NCBI GenBank assembly: GCA_965198005.1
Contig: CBDAOI010000004.1
Coordinates: 1,536,001 to 1,600,000, forward strand
Direction: 5' to 3'
Source of the DNA: Spirochaetia bacterium
GTDB taxonomy: Bacteria > Spirochaetota > Spirochaetia > SZUA-6 > Bin103
Length of the DNA stretch: 64,000 nucleotides
This document shows, piece by piece, positions 40,836 to 50,728 of the stretch (positions are counted from its first letter, which is position 1; the number at the start of each line of letters is the position of its first letter). A program made the translations under genes and the position numbers. The notes beneath the pieces were generated by a model that saw nothing but the letters and a program-made list of their open reading frames with translations, ran no database searches and was not told where the DNA came from.

Positions 40836-41169
40836 GTCCGCGAATGGGCACTGACACCATCCAGCCCGACTACCGACTAGCCGCGCAGCAGCGGACCTCG
40901 CGGCGCCGGTGCTGAGCGCGGCACCATCGATCGGTGTGGCGCACAGCCGCCACGCGTCCGCGCGTCTAACGGCCGACAGCGTCGGCCGCAAACTCCACCG
41001 GTCCACAGCAGCGTGCGTAGCGACACTCGCCGGCACCTCTATACAGACAACCGACACATCTGTGCCCGACCATAGTTGTCGACGACAGATGCTCGCTAGC
41101 CGCGGCACCGGCCGGTCCGATGGCCGAGCCACCGTCCTGTCAAGGCACCCAATAGCTCAAATAGCACAA

Positions 41170-41384
41170 AAGAGGGGGTGCAAAATGATACTCAAAGAGC
41201 CGTAGGCGCGTGCGGCGTGAGCCCGGGTAAACCCGGTGAGTCACGCGCCGCGCGCGTGTAGTGAATCTGACTCAGACTGGCCGTCCGCGTTTGCGGGCGC
41301 GCCCGCGTTGCGGTGCGTCAGAGTAGCCAGGGAGCGGCAGTCCGCTTCGCAATACTCTCGAGAACACATTTCATGGAGAAAACA
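41170..41384 (+). promoter_or_regulatory. Conserved structured 5' leader with uORF MILKEP (41185-41205)
   Basis: Homologous to 53656-53870 and 61808-62020; SD GAGGGGG; several hairpins. Confidence 0.75.
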
Positions 41385-43166
41385 ATGAAGATACTAATCA
41401 CAAGGACCTTCGCGATTGCGTTGGTCCTCGTAATGACCGCAACCGGCCTCTGGGCCGCCGGCGCAGAAGAGGAGCCGGCAGCCGCTGCCGACAAGAAGTA
41501 TGTGACAGACCCCAGCACCGGCAAACCGGTGACCGCGCCGGAGTACGGCGGGTCTTTGACCTTTGCAACTATGCTCGAGCCACCGAGTGCTGATACCGGT
41601 GTGTACGGCAGTGCAGGACTGGCCATCGCTGGCGTTGCAGAGCGGCTACTCATCCCCAATTGGGCAGTAGATAGGGACGAATATGCGTTCTCGAGCCAGT
41701 ACATCCCGGCAGAGTTCGCGGCAGGGCAGCTGGCGGAAAGCTGGGAACAGCCCGACCCACTAACGTATGTCTTCCAAATCCGCCAGGGCGTTCACTGGCA
41801 TGATAAGCCACCGATGAACGGTCGGGAGCTGACTGCCGATGATATCGAATACAACTATCACCGTATCTTGGGACTCGGGAGCGGCTTCACCGAAGGTTTA
41901 CCCTATTCGCAACTGGCAGGTATAGGAATCGAATCGGTAACGGCCACCGACAAATGGACGGTTGTTTTTAAGCTGAAGGAACCAAGACTCGCTGCACTGC
42001 AAATGATCATGGTTGCCTATATGTCGTTTATGTTGCCCCCCGAGGTAATCGAACAACATGGCGACATTTCGGATTGGAGGAACTTCGTCGGCACTGGGCC
42101 CTATGAGCTGACTGACTGGGTCCAAGGCACGTCTATCACCCACACCAAGAATCCCGACTACTGGGGCTTCGACGAAAAGTACCCGCAAAACCGCTTACCT
42201 TACATTGACAAGTTAGAGGGCCTTTTCGTCATGGAGGAAGCGACACGTCTGGCGGGATTGCGCTCCGGTAGGATCGATTTCCTGGGTTTCCCTGCTGGGG
42301 TCTCTGATATCGTGTCGGTCGACGTGCTTGATAGCCTCCGGAAGACCAATCCTGAAATCGTGCTGATCCCGTGGTGGGACCGTTCGGAAACCTCTTATGG
42401 CCTTGACGTGACCAAGCCGCCGTTTGACGACATCAGGGTGCGCCACGCAATGCAGATGGCATTGGACCTTGAGACAATTAACAATACCTACTACAAGGGC
42501 ACTGCAATGTGGAAACCTCAGGGACTCGTAGGGGAAGCTCTCAAAGGGTATTACACGCCGTTTGACGAGTGGCCCGACGAGGTCAAGAAAGCCTATGCCT
42601 ATGACCCGGAGGGGGCGAGGCAGCTTCTGGCGGAAGCTGGCTATCCCAATGGCTTCGAGACGGTCTTGACCGCAAGCAGTGAGTTCGATGTGGGGTACGC
42701 TGAAATAGTGGCAGGATACTGGAAGGCAATTGGCGTCGATGTAGAGATCAGGGTGTTGGACCGGGCTCAGCTTATGCCTCTAGCTACAGAAGGAAACTGG
42801 GAAGGTATGGCTGGGACAGTTACCGGCTGGAATAATCCTTGGGGTGGTGTAGGGGTTCTACGCAATATGGCTCACTCGACATCACTTGTCAAATTCAAAG
42901 GACGTTCTGAGTTGGTGGATGCTATGATTGAAGCCGCCGAATCCGCTACCTCGATTGCAGAGGAGCAGAGGCTGGGTAGAGAGGCAGATATGTACATGAT
43001 AGAGCAGCATTTCTATATATGGGGTCCTAAAGTTGGAAAGTACATGGCGATCCAGCCGTGGGTCGAAGGTTATAACGGAGAAGTCCACTTTGGGGCCCAG
43101 CACCGACTTCTCATCTTCGCCCGCCTCTGGATTGATAGTGAGCTGAAGGAAGCAATGGGTCATTAG
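41385..43166 (+). CDS. Family-5 ABC substrate-binding protein
   Basis: Signal peptide, PEYGG, LAESWE, IRQGVHWHDKPPMNGRELTADD, GTGPY, PFDDIRVRHAM. Confidence 0.95.
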   Translation: MKILITRTFAIALVLVMTATGLWAAGAEEEPAAAADKKYVTDPSTGKPVTAPEYGGSLTFATMLEPPSADTGVYGSAGLAIAGVAERLLIPNWAVDRDEYAFSSQYIPAEFAAGQLAESWEQPDPLTYVFQIRQGVHWHDKPPMNGRELTADDIEYNYHRILGLGSGFTEGLPYSQLAGIGIESVTATDKWTVVFKLKEPRLAALQMIMVAYMSFMLPPEVIEQHGDISDWRNFVGTGPYELTDWVQGTSITHTKNPDYWGFDEKYPQNRLPYIDKLEGLFVMEEATRLAGLRSGRIDFLGFPAGVSDIVSVDVLDSLRKTNPEIVLIPWWDRSETSYGLDVTKPPFDDIRVRHAMQMALDLETINNTYYKGTAMWKPQGLVGEALKGYYTPFDEWPDEVKKAYAYDPEGARQLLAEAGYPNGFETVLTASSEFDVGYAEIVAGYWKAIGVDVEIRVLDRAQLMPLATEGNWEGMAGTVTGWNNPWGGVGVLRNMAHSTSLVKFKGRSELVDAMIEAAESATSIAEEQRLGREADMYMIEQHFYIWGPKVGKYMAIQPWVEGYNGEVHFGAQHRLLIFARLWIDSELKEAMGH

Positions 43167-43194
43167 TGGGTTTTCATCCCTTGCGACTTATCTC

Positions 43195-43510
43195 AGGGAA
43201 AAAGGGAGCTGGGAGTAAACCCCACAAGATCTCCGATATTACGGGGGCCCCAGTAAGCGGTTCCCGCAGCAAGCTGCGGGACGAGGGTCAAGCTTCCCAG
43301 CTCCCACACAAGATGTCTTTGCGAGGAGTCCGCCTTAGGGGGATTAAACTCCAGACGATAGGTTATTTGTATCTACCTCACCCCCTGTATGCCCCTCTCC
43401 AAGATTAGGAAGATGAGGGGATACCCCCCTCTTGTACACCTCCTGTCAAAGGAGAGGGGGAAGGATTAGGAGATCGCCACGCCCTTCAGTAGAAGGGCTC
43501 GCAATGAGGT
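43195..43510. repeat. REP-like palindromic elements between SBP and permease
   Basis: gggagctgggag..cttcccagctccc (also at 51782-51840 and 59931-59985); cccctctcc..ggagagggg; tgtctttgcgag..ctcgcaatga. Confidence 0.65.
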
Positions 43511-43517
43511 GTGTCAC

Positions 43518-44477
43518 ATGAGAGCCTATATCATGAGGCGGTTATTGCTGATAATCCCCACCTTGTTTATATTGACTATCCTCGTCTTTCTCTCCGTCCG
43601 CTTCATCCCCGGCGATATCATCGACGTCATGATTGGAGATTTGGCGTACATGGGTGCCGGCGATATAGACCGTGAAGCTCTTGAGCGTAAGCTGGGATTA
43701 GACGTACCTGTCTACGTGCAGTATGGACGCTGGGTGGGAGATATCTTACTACACGGCACCCTTGGCGAATCACTGCTTGGCGGTTTCACAATAGAGGAGA
43801 GGATACTCGCCAGATTGCCGGTAACGATTGAGCTTGGCCTCATGGCAATCGTAATCGGGCTAGTGATAGCCCTGCCAGTTGGCATCTACTCGGCGATTCG
43901 CCAGTATACGGTCGCCGACTACGTGGGGCGCTCCATCGCCGTCGTCGGCCTGGCAACGCCTAACTTCTGGCTGGGTATTATGGTCATGATCTTCCCGGCA
44001 ATCTGGTGGGGCTGGTCGCCACCGATGAAGCTAATTCCTTTCACCGAAGACCCGCTGGGGAATCTGGGGATGTTCCTCATTCCCAGCCTGATTCTGGGGA
44101 CGTACCTTTCTGCAGCCACCATGCGGATGACCCGCACCATGATGCTGGAGGTGCTGAGGCAGGACTATATCAGGACGGCCTGGTCCAAGGGACTCAAGGA
44201 GAGGGTCGTTGTTATGAGACACGCCGTCAAGAATGCCCTCATCCCGGTAGTTACCCTGATAGGACTGCAGATGCCCATCCTGGTAGGCGGCTCGGTGATC
44301 ATGGAGAACATCTTCAACCTGCCGGGATTAGGTCGTCTTATGCTGGATGCACTCCAAGTCAGAGACTACCCGTTGGTCTCCGGAATAAACCTGTTTCTTG
44401 CCACGGCGGTTATTGGAATCAATCTCATGATCGACCTGATCTATCCTTATTTAGACCCCGCGGTCCGTTATAAATAA
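43518..44477 (+). CDS. ABC permease, OppB/DppB-like
   Basis: Paralog of 24944-25900. Confidence 0.95.
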   Translation: MRAYIMRRLLLIIPTLFILTILVFLSVRFIPGDIIDVMIGDLAYMGAGDIDREALERKLGLDVPVYVQYGRWVGDILLHGTLGESLLGGFTIEERILARLPVTIELGLMAIVIGLVIALPVGIYSAIRQYTVADYVGRSIAVVGLATPNFWLGIMVMIFPAIWWGWSPPMKLIPFTEDPLGNLGMFLIPSLILGTYLSAATMRMTRTMMLEVLRQDYIRTAWSKGLKERVVVMRHAVKNALIPVVTLIGLQMPILVGGSVIMENIFNLPGLGRLMLDALQVRDYPLVSGINLFLATAVIGINLMIDLIYPYLDPAVRYK

Positions 44478-44494
44478 AGGGGGTAATCACGAGT

Positions 44495-45427
44495 ATGAGT
44501 GATGCTATAGGGATACCATCAACAGTAAGTAAGCCAAAGAGACGTACCGGGCTGGCTGATTTATTCATCAGGCTGTGGAAGGAGCAGCCACTAGGTACTG
44601 CCTGCGGGATTGTTGTATTGATATTGATTCTGGTGGCTATCTTTGCCGATGTTCTGGCTCCTTATCCATTTTGGGAAGCGCACCTGGTAGACAGGATGCA
44701 GGGCTCATCAACCCGGTATCTGCTGGGTACCGACCATGCGGGGCGAGACCTCTTGAGCCGCCTTATCTACGGGGCTCGCATTTCGTTGCTTGTCGGCCTG
44801 GTAGCGACTAGTGTTAATGTTGTGGTGGCTATCCTGATAGGCGGCATCTCGGGATTCTTTGGCGGTAAACTGGACTTGGCTGTGCAGAGATTTGTCGATG
44901 CCTGGATGGCTTTCCCGGGACTGCTCCTGTTGTTAACCGTAATGTCCATAGTGGGGCGGGGTGTGCCACAGATAATATTGGTCCTGGGGATATCAGGAGG
45001 CATCGGCGGCTCAAGAGTAGTCAGAGGCGCGGTGATTGGGGTCAAAGAGAAAGTCTATTTTCAGGCGGCGGAGGCAATTGGCAGCTCAGAATGGAGAACA
45101 CTTATCCGACATGTCCTTCCCAATATTGCGGCGCCCATAATCATCATATTCAGCATCAACATCGGAGGGGTGATTATCAGTGCGGCTTCTCTGAGCTTCC
45201 TCGGATACGGTCTGCCAGTCCAGATTCCCGACTGGGGTGCTATGCTCAGCCGGGAAGGACGTCAGTACATGGAGTCGGCGCCATGGCTGGCTCTCTGGCC
45301 TGGTCTCTGCCTAACTGTAACCGTTTACAGTCTAAACATGTTCGGCGACGCGGTGAGGGACCTGCTGGACCCGAGGCTCAGAGGTGGCGGGGGGCGCCTG
45401 GGTGGTGATGCCGCCCGGTCGGTTTAA
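44495..45427 (+). CDS. ABC permease, OppC/DppC-like
   Basis: LLGTD..GRD, RHVLPN, WPG..NMFGDAVRDLLDPRLR. Confidence 0.95.
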   Translation: MSDAIGIPSTVSKPKRRTGLADLFIRLWKEQPLGTACGIVVLILILVAIFADVLAPYPFWEAHLVDRMQGSSTRYLLGTDHAGRDLLSRLIYGARISLLVGLVATSVNVVVAILIGGISGFFGGKLDLAVQRFVDAWMAFPGLLLLLTVMSIVGRGVPQIILVLGISGGIGGSRVVRGAVIGVKEKVYFQAAEAIGSSEWRTLIRHVLPNIAAPIIIIFSINIGGVIISAASLSFLGYGLPVQIPDWGAMLSREGRQYMESAPWLALWPGLCLTVTVYSLNMFGDAVRDLLDPRLRGGGGRLGGDAARSV

Positions 45428-45578
45428 GAGAGCTGTCCAGGAACAAGAAGCCAGCGTGACGTACCGCATGCGCGCCCTCTAGTCGGGCTGCTCCGCAGGT
45501 GGGGTCGGCCCCAGATGTCTTCGCGCTCGATCACCCCGCCGCCGGCATCCTTCGGCTTCGCCACCGCCCCGCCGACCG

Positions 45579-45890
45579 GTGCGTGCGCGGCCGAACGGCA
45601 GCCCGCGGGTCACGCCGGATGAACGGTGACCTCCACCCGATGGCGCCCTCCCTGGCGCCCCAGGTGTGCATGCGCCGTTGGCTGTTCCGGAGGCGCGCCC
45701 GGAACGCGCCCGACCAGGTCGACCAGCGCGGGGCTGTGTATGGGCGTGACCTGGCCGGTCAGCTCAAGGCGTCGCCTGGCATCGTAGTGTCTGCGCATCA
45801 TCGGGCACCGCAGACCGAGTCGGCGGAGTGTACCGAGTCGGTGCTCCCGTAGAGCCGGCTCCGTGCGGCGCGCCAGGTACTCGCCCGGGG
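45579..45890 (-). repeat. Repeat 'R', copy 2
   Basis: ttccggaggcgcgcccggaa, gcatcgtagtgtctgcgcatcatcgggcaccgcagacc. Confidence 0.88.
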
Positions 45891-45891
45891 G

Positions 45892-46233
45892 CTACAGGGT
45901 GGGACGCTCGACAATGAGGAAACTCTCAAGAGCTGTCTCAAGCTCCAATATTCGATGCTCGTTCTCGGTGAGCAATGCAGCAAGCTCTGTCACAGTGCAG
46001 TTCCCAACGCGCAGCCACACCACTTTGGGTGGTGCCCCGTGGACGAAGCTCAGTTGTCGGAAATCGCTGTCCTTGGAGACGATCGTGAAATCGTTCTGTC
46101 CCGCGTAATCATAGATCTGTGCGTCGGGGGCGTCGTCCAATCCAAGACTGATCACGTGATCGGAACCCGGAAACTTATCGCCCAACGTCTGAAGGAGGCT
46201 TCGTGGGAGATTCTGGTCGAGAAGAAGTTTCAC
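45892..46233 (-). CDS. DUF5615 PIN-like toxin
   Basis: MKLLLDQNL, APDAQI, IVSKDSDF, PPKVVWLRVGN. Confidence 0.9.
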   Translation of the reverse strand: MKLLLDQNLPRSLLQTLGDKFPGSDHVISLGLDDAPDAQIYDYAGQNDFTIVSKDSDFRQLSFVHGAPPKVVWLRVGNCTVTELAALLTENEHRILELETALESFLIVERPTL

Positions 46234-46457
46234 CCGTGACTGGAGGCCAGCCTTCGTTCCCGTGCTGCGGCGAACTGAAAAACTGCCTGCACATCATCGC
46301 GGGTAAGTTCGGGGAACTCACTCAGAAGCTCGTCCGTTGACATTCCTCCCGCCAGGTATTCGAGAACGTCGTAGACCGTGATGCGGGTCCCTCGAATGCA
46401 CGGTTTGCCCGAACGCCGGGCCGGATCAATGACTATGTGATCCAGGAGATCTTTCAT
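46230..46457 (-). CDS. DUF433 antitoxin
   Basis: SGKPCIRGTRITVYDVLEYLAGG..FPELTRDDV. Confidence 0.93.
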   Translation of the reverse strand: MKDLLDHIVIDPARRSGKPCIRGTRITVYDVLEYLAGGMSTDELLSEFPELTRDDVQAVFQFAAARERRLASSHG

Positions 46458-46775
46458 GGCATCTCAGGATAGCTGAGATGCCGAGTGGTGAACACGGCTT
46501 CATGGGGCCCCGGTTGTCGGCGCCTTCACCTGGGCACCGACACGACCGCGCATAGTCTCGCCGTGCGAGCGAGCATCACCCTTTCGTACCTCGCTCCACA
46601 CGCGCAAGGGGCCTTCGCGCACGGTCCGAATCGGCCAATGGGCCCTTTTGCTGGATCACAGGTATCGCCATTGTGCTGATGCCGCGGGCGCACCGTTAGT
46701 GACGGTTGGCCGGGTGGTGCCCGACCGGATCGTGGCGGCGTGAGCCGGCAGCGGCAATGGGCTGGTGGGCTCGCG

Positions 46776-46989
46776 TCACAGATCCTCTGGGGTTATTCCG
46801 GTCCGTCGGGCGATGCGTGCAAGCATCTTCGGACCGATCTCCTCACTGTCGTGAAAGGCAAATGAGTAATTGGGCCAACCGGGCTTGGTGAGCGTGCGGT
46901 GGGAGCCGGACTGTCTTTTTGACGGTCCAACCGATCTTCAGCAGGGCGGAGAGAACTCGCCGTGCACGAGTGCTCGGCCACTGCTTCAC
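46776..46989 (-). pseudogene. HicA-family toxin with one frameshift
   Basis: MKQWPSTRARRVLSALLKIGW, then GSHRTL..FAFHDSEEIGPKMLARIARRTG in another frame. Confidence 0.85.
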
Positions 46990-47100
46990 GCCGCGTCGAA
47001 GGAGATGTTGAGAAACTCCGGACCGGCCTCGCCGTGCTCGAGCTGATCGGCCACGACTCGCAGAGCCAGCGCCTGGACCTTGGCTTTGGCGTGGTCCGGG
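46986..47100 (-). pseudogene. HicB-family antitoxin, 5'-truncated
   Basis: AKAKVQALALRVVADQLEHGEA..ISFDAA*. Confidence 0.75.
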
Positions 47101-47207
47101 GAGCGACGACGTGAAGTCCGACGAGACGTATCCGCACATCGACTGGAGAAGGGACTCATGGACGCAACGTATCACCAGTGATACGTTACACGATGATGAA
47201 AGATGTG

Positions 47208-47444
47208 ATGAAGGCTGTGACGATTCGTGACCTCAGAAACCATGGTCGCGAAGTGATAGACCGTGTGTTGAGGGGCGAACGGCTCACCATAACCCGATCG
47301 GGGCGGCCGGTGGCCGAGTTGCATCCGATCGCGCCGCACGGACTCGAGGCGGCCACACTTCTGGAGAGGTGGAAGCATTTGCCACGAGTGGACCCAGTGC
47401 AGTTCCGCCGCGATCTGGACCGCGCGCTCGACTCGGCCCTGTGA
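47208..47444 (+). CDS. Phd/YefM-family antitoxin
   Basis: MKAVTIRDLRNHGREVIDRVLRGERLTITRSGRPVAEL. Confidence 0.9.
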   Translation: MKAVTIRDLRNHGREVIDRVLRGERLTITRSGRPVAELHPIAPHGLEAATLLERWKHLPRVDPVQFRRDLDRALDSAL

Positions 47445-47585
47445 GCGAGGTCGAAACCCCGGCACGCGGCGTGCTCGACACCAACGCGGTGATTCTGTTG
47501 CCGCGCCTGCGAGACGAGGAGCAGCTGCCCCGGGTGTCCTTCATCACGGCCATCTCGCTGGCCGAGCTTTCGGTCGGACCGCATC
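47441..47585 (+). pseudogene. VapC toxin, 3'-truncated
   Basis: GVLDTNAVI..ITAISLAELSVGP, then unrelated sequence. Confidence 0.8.
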
Positions 47586-48147
47586 AGACGCTCCTTCTCA
47601 TGGACGTGCTGTGTGACATTGCGCCGGTGCGCCTTGATGACCTCGAATGTTGGCATCATGCGCTCGGCCGAGCCAGGGATCAGCTCGTACTCCCGCATGA
47701 TGGACCCGCGGGAGCGTGGGCACCGTTACCTGAACGTCCAACACCTGAGGCTGTGTTGAAGGTGGCTGGGTGAGACAAGTGCGTCCTCGGGTGTCAGAAC
47801 CATTCTATCGAAGTGGTGGAAGACATCCCCTAACTGAGAGAATGCAACAAGATGGTCAGCGCGACCATGCCATCGCTGTATAGCGACGCGAGTAGACCGG
47901 TCGCGAGTCACGGTGGCTATCGTCAAAGTTCCTGGTCGCGCCGCTTCGCCCACGGTCTGCAACCGAGCAGCGTGGCGCAGGGACTGCCCGGCTGGGGTAG
48001 CCGCCGGACAAACCAGCTTGGCCAGCTGCATACCCGAACGGGACGTCATCGGCCGGATATGCGCCTCCCTTCAGACGACGGATCGCTACGTCGGACCGGA
48101 CCGACAAGTTTCGCCCAGAGAGCGCCCGATTAGCAGCATCGACGTAG

Positions 48148-48613
48148 CTGACCGGCTCGGTCAGCGGGTTCCATGACTCGGCGCTGGTGAGCGTGATGGT
48201 GCACGTGGCTCCGGACGCGCCCAATTCGCCCGCGCCCTCCATGGCGCGGGAACGCCTGTGGTGGGCCCCATGGACGGGGCCCACGAACGGATGACGCGTC
48301 AGTCGTGTGATGAGTTACCCGTGCACTTCGCCGACTCGGTCTGCGGTGCCCGATGATGCACAGACGCTGCGATGCCATGCGCCGCTGCGAACTGACCGGC
48401 CAGGTCATGCCCATACAGAGCCCTGCGCTGGTGACCTGGTCGGGCGCGTTCCGGGCGCGCCTCCGGAAAACAGCAACAACCTCTCCCAGCCGACGACGTC
48501 CCTGTCGCGGGCCGGGAGCTACAGTCCAGCCGTGGCGCCAGGGATGGCGCCACGGCTGGAGGTCACCGTGCATCCGGCGTGACCCGCGGGTTGCCGGTCG
48601 GCCGCGCACGCAC
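48148..48613 (+). repeat. Repeat 'R', copy 3
   Basis: Collinear with the reverse complement of 62810-63266; several hairpins. Confidence 0.9.
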
Positions 48614-48796
48614 GGGTCGGCGTGGCGGTGACGGAACTAAAGGATGGCGGCGGCGGCGCGGCCACACCGAGGGCCTCTGGGCTCGACCCGTTCGCACGGC
48701 TGGGTGGGGTGGACGGCCGCCCGCGCGCGCGCGTGGTCACCTGGGAAGCATCCCGATTGGGAACCGTATGGCCGTACGTCGCGCGTGGTGCTGGCG

Positions 48797-49717
48797 TCAT
48801 CTTCCTTCACTGAGACCACCACCACCGCCCCTCAGCCTCGGGTCTAGCAAGTCCCTCACGGCGTCACCGAACATGTTCAGGCTGTAAACAACGATGGTCA
48901 GCGCGACGCCTGGCCATAAAGCCAACCATGGCGCGTGCTCCATGTACCTACGCCCTTCCCGGCTGAGCATACCTCCCCAGCTAGGAATGTTCGGTGGCAG
49001 ACCGAATCCGAGGAAGCTCAGAGAGGCCTCAGATATAATCACCCCCCCGATGTTGATGCTGAAGATGATGATGAGGGGCGCCACAATATTGGGCAGGACA
49101 TGCCGCAACAGGATTTGGGTCGTGGGGGTGCCCACGGCCTTGGCTGCCAGAAAATAGTCATTCTCCTTAATTTCGATAACGGCGCCTCGGAGTACTCTCG
49201 AGCCGCCGATGCCCCCTGCTATCCCCAAGACCAAGATGATCTGGGGCAGACCCCGCCCCGCTATGGACATGATGGTCAATAACAGAAGCAGGCCCGGAAA
49301 AGCCATCCAAGCATCGACAAATCTTTGCACACCCAGGTCCAGTTTACCACCAAAGAATCCTGAAATGCCGCCTATCAGGACAGCCACCCCAACATTGAGA
49401 GTGGTCGCGGCCAGACCGACGGTTAACGAAAGACGAGCCCCGTAGACAAGGCGGCTCAGGAGGTCTCGCCCCAACTGGTCGGTACCCAGCAGATACCGGG
49501 CTGATGCGCCCTGCAGCCTGTCCACCGGGTGTATTTCCATATAGCGATAAGGAGCCAGAACATCAGCAAAGATAGCGACGAAAATCAATATCAATATGAT
49601 AATCCCGCCGGCAGTACCCAGTGGCTTCTCCCTCCACAGCCTGCTCAAGAAATCAGCCAGCCGGGAACGTCTCTTTGGCGCAATTTCTGCTGACGGTCTG
49701 CCTATGGCGTCGCTCAT
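48797..49717 (-). CDS. ABC permease, OppC/DppC-like
   Basis: Paralog of 44495-45427. Confidence 0.95.
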   Translation of the reverse strand: MSDAIGRPSAEIAPKRRSRLADFLSRLWREKPLGTAGGIIILILIFVAIFADVLAPYRYMEIHPVDRLQGASARYLLGTDQLGRDLLSRLVYGARLSLTVGLAATTLNVGVAVLIGGISGFFGGKLDLGVQRFVDAWMAFPGLLLLLTIMSIAGRGLPQIILVLGIAGGIGGSRVLRGAVIEIKENDYFLAAKAVGTPTTQILLRHVLPNIVAPLIIIFSINIGGVIISEASLSFLGFGLPPNIPSWGGMLSREGRRYMEHAPWLALWPGVALTIVVYSLNMFGDAVRDLLDPRLRGGGGGLSEGR

Positions 49718-49726
49718 ATGCCCCCT

Positions 49727-50683
49727 TTAGCTGTAGCGGACCCTGGGGTCCAAGTACGGATAAATCAGGTCGATCATCAGATTGGCCCCCAAAACCGCGG
49801 TGGCAAAAACCAGGTTTACTCCGGAGACCACCGGGTAGTCTCTTTGACTGAGTGCCTTCACCATGAGACGACCTAACCCCGGCAGGTTGAATATGTTCTC
49901 CATGATAACGGAGCCGCCTACCAGGATAGGCAACTGCAGGCCGATCAGGGTAACTATCGGGATGAGGGCATTCTTGATGGCGTGTCTCAGAACGACGACC
50001 CTCTCATTGAGACCCTTGGACCAGGCCGTCCTTATATAGTCTTGCCTGAGCACCTCCAGCATCATGGTGCGCGTCATCCGCATGGTGGCTGCCGACAGGG
50101 CCGTCCCCAGAATCACAGCAGGAATGATGAACATCCCGAGATTCCCCAGCGGGTCTTCGGTGAAGGGAATCAGCTCTACCGATGGCGACCAGCCCCACCA
50201 GATTGCCGGGTAGAGAATGACCATGGTTGCCAGCCAGAAGTTGGGCGTTGCCAGGCCGATGATGGCGATGGTGCGCCCCACGTAGTCGGCGGCCGTATCC
50301 TGGCGAATCGCCGAGTAGATGCCGACCGGTAGGGCTATCAACAGCCCTATTACGATTGACAGAACACCCAGCTCGATGGTTACTGGCAATCTACCGAGAA
50401 TCTTCTCTTCTACCGCCGCAACGCCCCACAGTGATCGGCCGAGGGTGCCGTGCAGGAAAATATCTCCCATCCAGCGTCCATACTGTACGTGGACAGGCGC
50501 GTCTAAACCCAGCATACGCCGAAGAGCTTCCTCGTCCACTACTTTCCCTTGCCCAAAGCTCGTATCCGCAAAAAAGTCTACTATATCGCCGGGGATGAAG
50601 CGGACGGAGAGAAAGACCAGGATGGTCAGTATGAGCATGGTGGGGATTGTCAGCAACAACCGCCTGATGGTATAGGCTCTCAT
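49727..50683 (-). CDS. ABC permease, OppB/DppB-like
   Basis: Paralog of 43518-44477. Confidence 0.95.
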   Translation of the reverse strand: MRAYTIRRLLLTIPTMLILTILVFLSVRFIPGDIVDFFADTSFGQGKVVDEEALRRMLGLDAPVHVQYGRWMGDIFLHGTLGRSLWGVAAVEEKILGRLPVTIELGVLSIVIGLLIALPVGIYSAIRQDTAADYVGRTIAIIGLATPNFWLATMVILYPAIWWGWSPSVELIPFTEDPLGNLGMFIIPAVILGTALSAATMRMTRTMMLEVLRQDYIRTAWSKGLNERVVVLRHAIKNALIPIVTLIGLQLPILVGGSVIMENIFNLPGLGRLMVKALSQRDYPVVSGVNLVFATAVLGANLMIDLIYPYLDPRVRYS

Positions 50684-50728
50684 GTCACAGCTTATTGAGC
50701 GTCCGCAGCAAAACCCGGCGCACGGGCA

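Noticed and set aside
18425-40975. Integron attC sites (GTTAGCC ~18428, GTTAGCT ~33157, GTCTAAC ~40964)
   Set aside because: No paired R''/R' boxes with an attC-like stem were found, and there is no integrase.
47590-48140. Coding region between the VapC stub and repeat R
   Set aside because: No recognisable motif or consistent frame; left unannotated.
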